Source: an uncultured Prevotellaceae bacterium
GTDB taxonomy: Bacteria > Bacteroidota > Bacteroidia > Bacteroidales > Bacteroidaceae
DNA: 64,000 nucleotides
Direction: 5' to 3'
Assembly: GCA_947166655.1 (NCBI GenBank)
Contig: CAMVFC010000001.1
Span: 10,390-74,389, forward strand
The notes beneath the pieces were generated by a model. The model saw only the letters and a program-made list of their open reading frames with translations. It was not told the origin of the DNA and made no database searches. Positions 38,388 to 47,244 of this stretch are shown piece after piece (positions within the stretch are counted from its first letter, which is position 1; the number at the start of each line of letters is the position of its first letter). Position numbers and translations under genes: made by a program.

Positions 38388-40898
38388 TTGTGCCCCAACA
38401 TGGCAAAACCTTACGACCCATCTTCAAGAGCACACCTTCTCCCCCTTGAACAAGGGCGGAGGACAGATGTTCTCCTTCCTCTTCTCCTCTTCTCGTCCTT
38501 TCTCTGTCCCCTGTTGCTCCGTGCCCAAGGCACACTTGCCGACTACCAGCATGCCTATGCCGTGCAGAAGGAGTATTCATGGGCCAAAGTCAAGAACCAT
38601 GTCGACGATGCACGTTGGCTGCCCGACGGTCGCTTCCAGTATCACCTCACCGACGGTCAGGGCGGTGGCCTCTGGCACTTCGGACAAATAAACACCACCT
38701 CCGCCACTTCCCCCGACGGCACTGCGACAGCCAGCACAAGCCCCTTCCCTGCCGAAGTCATTACTCTCGCCGACAGCACCTCAGCCCATCCCGTCGAGAC
38801 GCAGCACGCCGCAGGTGCGCGACGCTTCTCCCGCCGCGACAATCGCGTCCGCTTCATCGCCAACCCCACCAAGCGCCGCCACGAACGTCACTGGATGGAA
38901 ACCGACGACGAGCGCAGTGCCGACCCAGTTCTGTCGCCCGACTCCTCCCTTGTTGCTTTCATCCGCAACGACAATGTATGGGTGGCCCGGCCAGACGGAT
39001 CGGAAGCACGTGCCCTCTCCGTGGAAGGCACACTCAGCCATTACTTCAGCAGCTACATCCAGTGGAGCCCCGATGGCCGCTATGTCGCCACCTGCCGTAT
39101 CCGTCCCGTCGATAAGCGCTACGTCTACTATGTAGAGTCGTCGCCCGCTGACCAGCTACAGCCAGTCCTCCATAAGCAGGAATATGCAAAGCCCGGTGAC
39201 GAGCTGGCACAGAAGACACCCTACATCTTCGAGGTCGCTACAGGCAAGTCTGTACACCCCGAAGCCCATCTCATCGCCCATCAGTACGACCTCTCACGGC
39301 TGCAATGGCGCAACGACAACCGCGGCATACGCTTCGACTACAACCAACGAGGCCATAAGCTCTATCGCATCTACGAGATGGATGCTCCCGCATCAGCCCA
39401 GGCATCAAAAAACCGCGCCCAAGCATCAAAAGAGAACACATCGAAGGCCCAAGCATCAAAAAGCCCCGCCCAAGCATCAAAAGGTTCCGCCCAAGCATCA
39501 AAAAGCCCCGCAGCCTTTTCCTCCGGTCCAAGCGCCGTGGTGCCTTCGCCGTCCGGCGAAGTCCCCCTCCGCACCCTTATCGAGGAGCGCGCCGACACCT
39601 ATGTACGCTACTCCACCTACATCCGCCAAGACCTTCACGGCGACAGCCTCATCCTCTGGCTCAGTGAGCGCGACGGCTTCCCCCACCTCTATCTCTTCGA
39701 CACCGCCAAGGGCAAGATGCGCCAGCTCACTCGTGGCAGTTGGTGCGTCCGTCGCCTTATCCATATAGACGAGGAGCGAGACATCATTTATTTCACCGCC
39801 AATGGTCGCAACGCTGGCGAGGACCCCTACCATATCCACTACTACCGAGTCAGCCTCGACGGCAGCAGCCTTCAGGACCTCACCCCCGAGCCCGGCAACC
39901 ACTACGCCCGCTTCAACGCCGATTACTCCGCCCTCATCGACACTTATTCAACCCAGGACACCCCTCCCACCACTAAGGTGAGAGCGCTCGGCGATTTCGT
40001 CGCCGAGAAAAAACGCCCTGCCAAGAAGGCCCTCTTCGCGGAGAAAACCCACCTTGCCGAGAAGACCCTCGCCACCGCCGACATCACTGCCCTGCAAGCC
40101 ACCGGCTGGACAGCACCCGAAATCTTTGTGGCCCCAGGTCGCGACGGGAAGACACCCATGTGGGGCATCATTCAGCGACCCTCGCATTTCGACCCCTCAA
40201 AGAAATATCCTGTCATTGAATATATCTATGCCGGCCCGGGCGACAGCTACACGCCCAAGTCCTTCCAACCCTACAATTATTATACCTCTTCCTTGGCCGA
40301 GCTTGGTTTCATCGTCGTGCAACTTGACGCCATGGGCACCAGCAACCGCGGCAAGGCCTTCGAAGAAATATGCTACAAGAACCTCAAGGACGCCGGTTTC
40401 CCCGACCGCATCGCATGGATAAAAGCCGCAGCCGAGAAATATCCCTACATGGACATTAACCGAGTAGGCATCTACGGCTGCTCGGCCGGCGGACAGGAAA
40501 GCACGGCTGCTGTCCTCTTCCACGGCGACTTCTACAAGGCAGCCTACAGCGCCTGCGGCTGCCACGATAACCGCATGGACAAAATCTGGTGGAACGAGCA
40601 GTGGATGGGCTATCCCGTGGACTCCTCCTACGTTGAATGTTCCAATGTCGAGAACGCCCATCGTCTGGAACGACCCCTCATGCTCGTCGTGGGAGAATTA
40701 GACGACAACGTCGACCCCGCCAGCACCATGCAGGTGGCTGATGCACTCATCCGTGCCAACAAGCCCTTCGAGCTCGTCGTCATCCCCGGCGCTCATCACA
40801 CCGTCGGCGAGAGCTACGGCGAACACAAGCGCTTCGATTTCTTTGTCAAGCACCTCCTCGGCGTAGAGCCACCAGCATGGAACAGCCTCAATCCCTAA
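38388..40898 (+). CDS. S9-family serine peptidase (DPP IV-type beta-propeller + alpha/beta-hydrolase) with low-complexity insertions
   Basis: Propeller repeats (LSPDSSLVAFIRNDNVWV, WSPDGRYVATC). Catalytic elbow GIYGCSAGG, Asp context GELDDNVD and His context PGAHHTV. Signal-like LLPLLLFSSFLCPLLLRAQG. The exact start is uncertain (38388 or 38400). Confidence 0.85.
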   Translation: MCPNMAKPYDPSSRAHLLPLEQGRRTDVLLPLLLFSSFLCPLLLRAQGTLADYQHAYAVQKEYSWAKVKNHVDDARWLPDGRFQYHLTDGQGGGLWHFGQINTTSATSPDGTATASTSPFPAEVITLADSTSAHPVETQHAAGARRFSRRDNRVRFIANPTKRRHERHWMETDDERSADPVLSPDSSLVAFIRNDNVWVARPDGSEARALSVEGTLSHYFSSYIQWSPDGRYVATCRIRPVDKRYVYYVESSPADQLQPVLHKQEYAKPGDELAQKTPYIFEVATGKSVHPEAHLIAHQYDLSRLQWRNDNRGIRFDYNQRGHKLYRIYEMDAPASAQASKNRAQASKENTSKAQASKSPAQASKGSAQASKSPAAFSSGPSAVVPSPSGEVPLRTLIEERADTYVRYSTYIRQDLHGDSLILWLSERDGFPHLYLFDTAKGKMRQLTRGSWCVRRLIHIDEERDIIYFTANGRNAGEDPYHIHYYRVSLDGSSLQDLTPEPGNHYARFNADYSALIDTYSTQDTPPTTKVRALGDFVAEKKRPAKKALFAEKTHLAEKTLATADITALQATGWTAPEIFVAPGRDGKTPMWGIIQRPSHFDPSKKYPVIEYIYAGPGDSYTPKSFQPYNYYTSSLAELGFIVVQLDAMGTSNRGKAFEEICYKNLKDAGFPDRIAWIKAAAEKYPYMDINRVGIYGCSAGGQESTAAVLFHGDFYKAAYSACGCHDNRMDKIWWNEQWMGYPVDSSYVECSNVENAHRLERPLMLVVGELDDNVDPASTMQVADALIRANKPFELVVIPGAHHTVGESYGEHKRFDFFVKHLLGVEPPAWNSLNP
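39391..39512 (+). repeat. In-frame tandem repeat GCCCA(A/G)GCATCAAAA... encoding (A)QASK units inside the S9 peptidase gene
   Basis: Five copies of the core, giving ASAQASKNRAQASKENTSKAQASKSPAQASKGSAQASKSPA. Confidence 0.85.
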
Positions 40899-40953
40899 CC
40901 CACATTCTAACGGGCGAAGCAGGAAAAAAGCAGACCTTCGCCATACGAGTTTC

Positions 40954-42120
40954 ATGAATACTGAAAAAGAAAATACAAACAGCCAGGCAGCCTTCCCCTC
41001 CCCTCACCCCGCAGGAAGAGAGGTGGGCAGCAAGGCACTCCTGTCTCCCTCTCAGATTTCCCTTTGGCAGCAGTTGCTCTCAGCCGCCCGCCATATCGTC
41101 ATTACGTGCCATCGCGGGCCCGACGGCGACGCTATCGGCTCCACTACCGCCCTGGCATCCTGGCTCCGACGTCGTTATCCGGAGGCCGACATCCGTATCG
41201 TCGCCCCCACTCTTTTCCCAGACTTCCTCAAATGGGTGCCGGGCGCCGAGGACATTCTCCTTTATGAGAAGCACGAGGACGAGGTGCGCCCCGTCATTGA
41301 GCAGTCCGACCTCGTCATCCTCTGCGACCACGGCGAGCTCAAACGCATGTGGACGCTCGGCGATGTCGTCCGCGACCACCCCACCCCGCGCATCATGATC
41401 GACCACCATCTCGATCCCGAACCCGGCATCGCCGACCTGGTCATCTCCCATCCCGACCTCTCGTCCACGTGCGAAGTGCTCTTGCGCATCATGCTGGAGC
41501 TGGAGCCTGCATCGGCATCCCCCTCCGCGTCCGTGGCCGAGGGCTGTCCTGCCGAGGCCCTTCCGCTGCTCACCCACGACGAAGCCGTCTCCCTCTACAC
41601 CGGCATGATGACCGACACCGGCGCCTTCACCTACGCCAGCTCTCGCCCCGAGATCTTCGAACTCATCAGCATCCTCCTCCGCTACGGCATCGACAAAGAC
41701 AAGATCTACCGCAACGTCTTCTACACCTGCAGCCCCAACCGCATGAAACTTCAGGGCTACATGCTCTATGCCAAGCTCGACGTGTGGAAGAAAGCCCATA
41801 CCGCCCTCATGACTTTCACCAATGCCGAGCGTCGGCGCTTCGGCACCCTCAACGGTGACACCGAGGGCCTTGTCAACCTGCCTCTGCAGATTCTCGGCAT
41901 GAAGCTCTCCATCTTCCTCCGTGAAGACACCGAGCACCCCTGCATCCGCGTCTCGCTGCGTTCTGTCGATGACTTCCCGTGCAACGAGATGGCCGCAGAG
42001 TTCTTCGGCGGCGGAGGCCACAAGAACGCTGCCGGAGGCGAAGTCTGGGGCACCATGGACGATGCCGTCGCCATCGCCAAGAAAGCCGTCCAGAAATATC
42101 TCCCTCTTCTGAAAGAATGA
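40954..42120 (+). CDS. nrnA: DHH/DHHA1 phosphoesterase (NrnA-like oligoribonuclease / pAp phosphatase)
   Basis: Motifs HRGPDGDAIGS, IMIDHH and GGGHKNAAGG. Confidence 0.85.
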   Translation: MNTEKENTNSQAAFPSPHPAGREVGSKALLSPSQISLWQQLLSAARHIVITCHRGPDGDAIGSTTALASWLRRRYPEADIRIVAPTLFPDFLKWVPGAEDILLYEKHEDEVRPVIEQSDLVILCDHGELKRMWTLGDVVRDHPTPRIMIDHHLDPEPGIADLVISHPDLSSTCEVLLRIMLELEPASASPSASVAEGCPAEALPLLTHDEAVSLYTGMMTDTGAFTYASSRPEIFELISILLRYGIDKDKIYRNVFYTCSPNRMKLQGYMLYAKLDVWKKAHTALMTFTNAERRRFGTLNGDTEGLVNLPLQILGMKLSIFLREDTEHPCIRVSLRSVDDFPCNEMAAEFFGGGGHKNAAGGEVWGTMDDAVAIAKKAVQKYLPLLKE

Positions 42121-42140
42121 AACAACCTAATATAAATTAT

Positions 42141-44648
42141 ATGAAGAAACTTCTCACCCTGCTCGTCGCATGTGCTGCTTTGTCGCAGCACCCCCTCGTG
42201 GCTTCTCCCCACATCAGCGGCACCGACTACACCGAGGCTACCCAACGCTCCGGCACCGTCCTCGAACAGATCATCAAGGTCAATAACTATTGGCAGGCAC
42301 ACAACACGCCCTACGTGCGTTCCTTCTGGGATCACGCCGCCTACCACACCGGTAACATGGAAGCCTACCGCCTCACAGGTCGTGCCGACTGGTACGCCTA
42401 CACCGACAAGTGGTGCCGCCACAACGAGTGGAAAGGCGCCAAATCCGACGACCGCTCGCGCTGGAAATACAAAACCTACGGCGAAGGGCAGGACTTCGTA
42501 CTCTTCGGCGACTGGCAGATCTGCTTCCAGACCTATATAGATATGTATAACCTCGTCCCGGCCCCCTACAAGGTGGCCCGCGCCATCGAAGTGATGAGCC
42601 ACGAATGCTCTATGCAGGACACCCACTTCTGGTGGTGGGCCGACGCTCTCTATATGGTGATGCCCGTCATGACGAAGATGTACCTGCTCACGGGCGAGGT
42701 CAAATACCTCGACAAGCTTTATGAGAACTTCCTCTGGAGCGACAGTCTGATGTACGACAAGGACGAGCAGCTCTACTACCGCGACGCCAAGTACATCTAC
42801 CCGAAGGTGAAGACCGCCTGCAACGGCGGCAAGAGCTTCTGGGCACGTGGCGACGGATGGGTGCTCGCCGGCCTGGCCAAAGTGCTGGCCGACATGCCGC
42901 AGGACTATCACGGTCGCCCCATCTTCGTGCAGCGTTTCCGCGAGCTGGCCGAAGGCGTGGCCCGCGTGCAGCGGCCCGACGGCTATTGGAGCCGCTCCAT
43001 GCTCTGCGAGGATGACGCCCCCGGCCCCGAGACCTCCGGCACGGCTTTCTTCTGCTATGGCCTCGCATGGGGCGTCAACAACGGCTACCTCGACAAGGCC
43101 ACCTTTGAGCCGGTCATCCTGAAAGCCTGGAAATATCTCTCGGAGACGGCCCTGCAGCCCGATGGCAGCATCGGTTTCGTGCAGCCCATCGGCGAGAAGC
43201 CCGACCCCACCAAGACCGTCGATGCCCACTCCCAGGCTCCCTTCGGCACGGGTGCATGGCTGCTGGCAGCCTGCGAGATGGTGCGCTACATCAACGCCGA
43301 CCCGCTGATTCCCCTGCCCGACCCCGACAAGACGACCAACTCTGTCTATCACCACACGCCCGGCACCCCCACCGTCAGCGCAGGCAGTGCTTTCCCCGCC
43401 GCCACCCTCAACGGCCGTCCCACCGCTGCGGACCCTATGCTTCGCTACCGCGGACATGAGGAGTTCGGCAGCTACGAGATAGCCAACCCCACCGACGAAC
43501 TCGTCTCGCAGGTCATACAGATCGGGACGATGGACGCACTGAAGCGCGCCAACATCGCCGTTGCCCGCGAATTCTTCTTCCTCGACGGCGACCGCAACGA
43601 GGTACCCTACCAGATCACACACGACGGCCGCATCCTGGTCTTTGCCACCGTGCGCCCACACAGCAGCATCGCCCTCACCATGTGGAAAGGACAGCCCCTC
43701 GACTATGAACTCACGGCCAACGGACGCATTTACCCCAACCGTTGGGACGACCTGGTCTGGGAGAACGACCGCTCGGCATGGCGCTTCTACGGCCCCGATG
43801 CACACAAACACATGAAGAACGCGGCCTACGGCTTCGACACCTTTGTCAAGAACACACCCCACCCCATGCAGGATCAGCTCTACCACAACGAGCTCACCTC
43901 CTACGGCGTCAACAACCGCATGAAGAAGGATAAGAGCGCGCTCAACTGGAACGAGGTACACCGGGGCTACACCTACCACCGCAACCACGGTGCAGGCATG
44001 GATGCCTACACCGTCGGAGCTACCCTCGGTGCCGGTGCCGCTGCCCTCGTGGCAAAGGACGGCTCGCTGCTCTATCCGCTCTACTATGAGAAAGCCGAGA
44101 TCCTCGACAACGGGCCCCTCCGCTTCACCGTCCGCATGACCATGCCCCGGCAGAGCCTGAACGGCGACAGCATCCGCGAGATCCGCCTCATCACCCAGGA
44201 CTGCGGCAGCCACTTCGCCCGCGTCGAGATCACCTACGAGGGCCTCGACCGCGCCACGCCCGTCTGTGCCGGCATCGTCGTCCACGAAGCAGCCCCCACG
44301 GCCTATACCTTAAATAAGAAAGAAGGCTTCGTCACCTATGCCGAGCCCCTCGACCTGGCCGACAAGCGCATGAACGGCGAGCACTACCTCGGCATCTTCA
44401 TGCCTCCAATGAAAAATGAAAAATTAAAAATGAAAAATGAGGTGAAGTATCTTCCCTTGAGCGAGAAGCGTGCCGGCGGCATCGGCCACGCCCTCATCCA
44501 AGGCACCTACCAGCCCGGACAGCCTTTCGTCTACTACACCGGCAGCGCCTGGAGCCTCTACGACGTCCCCACCCACGCCATCTGGCAGCAGACGCTGCGC
44601 CACGAAGCGGCCATCCTGCAAAACGGTCTGCAACTCACAGAACACTAA
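42141..44648 (+). CDS. Fusion protein: GH105/GH88-type unsaturated uronyl hydrolase domain + DUF4861-like C-terminal domain
   Basis: Signal peptide MKKLLTLLVACAALS. The (alpha/alpha)6 PF07470-like blocks are FWDHAAYHTGNMEAYRLTG, WWADALYMVMP and FWARGDGWVLAGLAKVL. The C-terminal half (NRWDDLVWENDRSAWRFYGP...) resembles DUF4861 from memory. An alternative start at 42117 overlaps the nrnA stop. Confidence 0.72.
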   Translation: MKKLLTLLVACAALSQHPLVASPHISGTDYTEATQRSGTVLEQIIKVNNYWQAHNTPYVRSFWDHAAYHTGNMEAYRLTGRADWYAYTDKWCRHNEWKGAKSDDRSRWKYKTYGEGQDFVLFGDWQICFQTYIDMYNLVPAPYKVARAIEVMSHECSMQDTHFWWWADALYMVMPVMTKMYLLTGEVKYLDKLYENFLWSDSLMYDKDEQLYYRDAKYIYPKVKTACNGGKSFWARGDGWVLAGLAKVLADMPQDYHGRPIFVQRFRELAEGVARVQRPDGYWSRSMLCEDDAPGPETSGTAFFCYGLAWGVNNGYLDKATFEPVILKAWKYLSETALQPDGSIGFVQPIGEKPDPTKTVDAHSQAPFGTGAWLLAACEMVRYINADPLIPLPDPDKTTNSVYHHTPGTPTVSAGSAFPAATLNGRPTAADPMLRYRGHEEFGSYEIANPTDELVSQVIQIGTMDALKRANIAVAREFFFLDGDRNEVPYQITHDGRILVFATVRPHSSIALTMWKGQPLDYELTANGRIYPNRWDDLVWENDRSAWRFYGPDAHKHMKNAAYGFDTFVKNTPHPMQDQLYHNELTSYGVNNRMKKDKSALNWNEVHRGYTYHRNHGAGMDAYTVGATLGAGAAALVAKDGSLLYPLYYEKAEILDNGPLRFTVRMTMPRQSLNGDSIREIRLITQDCGSHFARVEITYEGLDRATPVCAGIVVHEAAPTAYTLNKKEGFVTYAEPLDLADKRMNGEHYLGIFMPPMKNEKLKMKNEVKYLPLSEKRAGGIGHALIQGTYQPGQPFVYYTGSAWSLYDVPTHAIWQQTLRHEAAILQNGLQLTEH

Positions 44649-44654
44649 AAAGTC

Positions 44655-45917
44655 ATGAAACAAACGATCCTCACCCTTTTGCTGTCAGCCTGCTGCCTCA
44701 CCCTTTCCGCAGCGTCTGACACCCTCCTGCCTGCATGGTTCGGCCAGGAAGATGCCTCCACACGCATCGGCATCGCGCCGCCTGCGACCGACGAAGCTCA
44801 AGCCCGCTCCATCGCTCTCATCAATGCCACCTTGAGCTATCTGCGCACACAGCAGGAGGGCAAGATGGCAGGCCACACCAGTTACAAACTTTCTACGGAA
44901 GGGGAAGGCGCCGACGACTACGACTCCTACCTACAGATCACCAGCAAGAGCGCTGTCCGCTACAGCGATTTCGACTGCAAGATTCTCGATGAATACCGCA
45001 ACAGCCGCGGAGAGTACTTCGTCCGCTGCCGCTTCAGCAAGAACGCCTCTGCGCACAGCCACTTATCCATCGAGCAGGAGATGCGAAGTACAGGCTACGG
45101 CGAACATTCCGACCAGCTTCTTACGGCAAAGATAGAGCTGACGCTGAAAGACCATCGTTTCCAGAGTCTGTTCAGATGTGACGTGAAAGATGGCCAAGAC
45201 GCCGCCGTGACCATTGCTACGAAAGAAGGCGAAGTGGCGCTTCCACAAGGCCTGTCTTACGGACGATGGACAGCCAGCAAGACCTCGGGCTACAGCTCTC
45301 TGCCTTTTGCCCCCGCAGAAATGGGCCTGTCATTAGGAGCCCTTCAGCTGTCGACCTACTGCATGCTGCCTTTCATCCCCAAGCGCATGGCGGCTTCCGG
45401 GCAAATCATGTCCCAGTCCACCAATGAAGAAAACGGCGGCGACAAGGGCTTCTCTTACCGCTCCATTTTCAGCGCCCTCTCAGACTCCGTCTGCACGCCC
45501 TATGACATCCGCTTCGGTTCCCTGTCCAAGAAGGGCCTCCAACTGCAAATCCAGCACGCTAACTTTAATGATACCGAGAGCAGCTACGAGACACCCGGGA
45601 CGGTGCAAGCAGGAGCGTTCGCCGACAACGACCGAAGCACGGGCATTCAGCGACTGATGCAGGCACAGACCTTGTACATCTCCGGCCTCTTCGAAGCGTG
45701 GACTTACAAGAGCCGTGAGCAGCAGTCTGAGGGCACCTTCAGCAGCGAGCAGAGCACTTTACGGACCACTGTAAGCAGAAACTCTGCCACCAACATTGGC
45801 GTTCGCTGGGATTTCAGCAATGTTCCCTCCGAGAAAGCCTTGCGCGCCGAGGTAAAGAAAGCGGTGAAGAACGGACAAGCCTTCCCCCGCCACGGCTTCT
45901 GGGTTTCCATCCGATAA
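44655..45917 (+). CDS. Exported protein of unknown function (420 aa)
   Basis: Signal peptide MKQTILTLLLSACCLTLSAAS. Starts 6 nt after the upstream stop and is followed by a strong terminator. No motif recognised. Confidence 0.6.
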   Translation: MKQTILTLLLSACCLTLSAASDTLLPAWFGQEDASTRIGIAPPATDEAQARSIALINATLSYLRTQQEGKMAGHTSYKLSTEGEGADDYDSYLQITSKSAVRYSDFDCKILDEYRNSRGEYFVRCRFSKNASAHSHLSIEQEMRSTGYGEHSDQLLTAKIELTLKDHRFQSLFRCDVKDGQDAAVTIATKEGEVALPQGLSYGRWTASKTSGYSSLPFAPAEMGLSLGALQLSTYCMLPFIPKRMAASGQIMSQSTNEENGGDKGFSYRSIFSALSDSVCTPYDIRFGSLSKKGLQLQIQHANFNDTESSYETPGTVQAGAFADNDRSTGIQRLMQAQTLYISGLFEAWTYKSREQQSEGTFSSEQSTLRTTVSRNSATNIGVRWDFSNVPSEKALRAEVKKAVKNGQAFPRHGFWVSIR

Positions 45918-45978
45918 GGTTTTCGGCGAGCGTTTCCCACAGCTTCCACGCGCGAAACAGAGCTTCACGCTCACAGAT

Positions 45979-46027
45979 GTGGCCGGAGTTTCAACCCCTT
46001 CTGTTGAAACTCCGGCCACTCTTTTCT
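45979..46027 (+). terminator. Rho-independent terminator
   Basis: Perfect 17-bp stem: GTGGCCGGAGTTTCAAC (45979-45995) pairs with GTTGAAACTCCGGCCAC (46003-46019), followed by TCTTTTCT. Confidence 0.9.
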
Positions 46028-46156
46028 GAAACCCTTGGGACTTTTGCAAAAAACTCTTGGCATTTTTGCCCAAAACTCTTAAGGGTTTTTGCCAAAACTC
46101 TTGACACTTTTTGCGAAAACCTTTAAGACTTTCAGCCGAGGCCCTCAAGAGTCTGG
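46024..46156. repeat. Copy 3 of dispersed tandem-repeat element
   Basis: Five units of 21-23 bp at 46028-46137 (for example AAAAACTCTTGGCATTTTTGCCC, AAAACTCTTAAGGGTTTTTGCC, AAAACTCTTGACACTTTTTGCG). Tail is CCGAGGCCCTC. Confidence 0.88.
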
Positions 46157-46230
46157 CGCAGAAGCCCTGTCGCTGTTCGCCAGGAACGGACGGCGATGGG
46201 CGGTAAGTCACTGCAAACCACGCCTATAGC

Positions 46231-47175
46231 TCAAGGAACCAGGGGCGTGACGGCCATGGGCACGAGGTTGGCGGCATGGGCGGCCTGCTGGGCCAGCGCT
46301 GCCTGCTCGGCGGTGACGCCCTTGGGACGGTACTTGAAGCCTACGGCCGAGACGCCGGTGAGGGCTTCGAGCCATGTGCATGCCGCAATGTAGCGACCTA
46401 TGGCGAGGTTGAGGTGATAGCCGTCGCGCGTCAGCTCGCGGTTGACGACGGCTTTCTTTCCCGCCCCCGTGGAAGGAAGGTTGACGAGCGACGTGGCGCG
46501 CGCATTCTGGATAGCCGTGCCCGTGGGGACGTAGAACGACAGGTCGTCCTCGTGATAGCGCATGGCCACCTCCACGGCTGTGGTGATGTTGGCGTACATC
46601 AGGTACTGGTTGCGGTCGTAGTTGGCAAAACCCTTGTGGTCGGAGTCCTGCGCGTAGGCCCATGTCTGCTGGAAGCCCAGCCGCACAGAGTCGACGCGCG
46701 CCAGAGCTCGCACATAGCCGATCATCAGGCTGAGCCCCGGCTCGTAGGTGTCGGGCCGTCCGGCATCGTAGCTCACCTGCTGGAAGGTGATGACGTCCCA
46801 GGGCTCGTCGGTGATGATGGCACGCAGGCTCTTCCCTTTCTGATTGGTGCGCTTGCCGCCCACGACCTTACGGTATTCTGTCGCCGTGGCGCGGGTCGAA
46901 GCATCGCGCCAGTGGGCAGCCAGGCTCTGTCCAGGGCGGTAGGCATTGCCGATGACGAACTCATAGCCGGCCTCGCGCCCCAACTCATAAAGGTGCTGCT
47001 CCACAGCATCCTCGGAAAAAGAATTACCGATGGCCAGCACGCGCAGCGTGGTCAGTGCCTGCTGCGCCAGTGCGCCTTCTGCGGCGAACACGAGGAGCAG
47101 CGCCAAGGTGCGCAGGCGGAAGGCCCAGGCTCCCTGTAGTCCCACGAGGGGGAAGAAAGAACGATTCATGTGCAT
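46231..47175 (-). CDS. DUF4886-type SGNH/GDSL-like hydrolase-fold protein, secreted
   Basis: Signal peptide ending ALAQQ. Motifs LAIGNSFSEDA and DGYHLN. The start could instead be 47169. Confidence 0.75.
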   Translation of the reverse strand: MHMNRSFFPLVGLQGAWAFRLRTLALLLVFAAEGALAQQALTTLRVLAIGNSFSEDAVEQHLYELGREAGYEFVIGNAYRPGQSLAAHWRDASTRATATEYRKVVGGKRTNQKGKSLRAIITDEPWDVITFQQVSYDAGRPDTYEPGLSLMIGYVRALARVDSVRLGFQQTWAYAQDSDHKGFANYDRNQYLMYANITTAVEVAMRYHEDDLSFYVPTGTAIQNARATSLVNLPSTGAGKKAVVNRELTRDGYHLNLAIGRYIAACTWLEALTGVSAVGFKYRPKGVTAEQAALAQQAAHAANLVPMAVTPLVP

Positions 47176-47203
47176 CCGTTGTTCAGTTTCTGTTTACAGC
47201 CTG

Positions 47204-47211
47204 CAAAAGTA
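47204..47211 (-). promoter_or_regulatory. Candidate -7 box TACTTTTG (minus strand) for the DUF4886 gene
   Basis: The plus strand reads CAAAAGTA, about 30 nt upstream of the start. Confidence 0.4.
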
Positions 47212-47244
47212 GGCATTATCAGCAGAACCGACAAGGATTTGCGC

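Noticed and set aside
41766-44285. An 839-aa minus-strand ORF. Similar long antisense or off-frame ORFs occur at 1416-2798, 10872-11951, 13277-14371, 15605-16855, 20855-22564, 49953-51677, 55129-56454, 59051-60160, 60419-61852, 47572-48648 and 3339-4466.
   Set aside because: All overlap genes with strong family motifs on the other strand or frame, have biased low-complexity compositions (Arg/Ala/Gly/Val/Pro/Ser-rich), and lack signal or motif content. They are typical GC-driven spurious ORFs.
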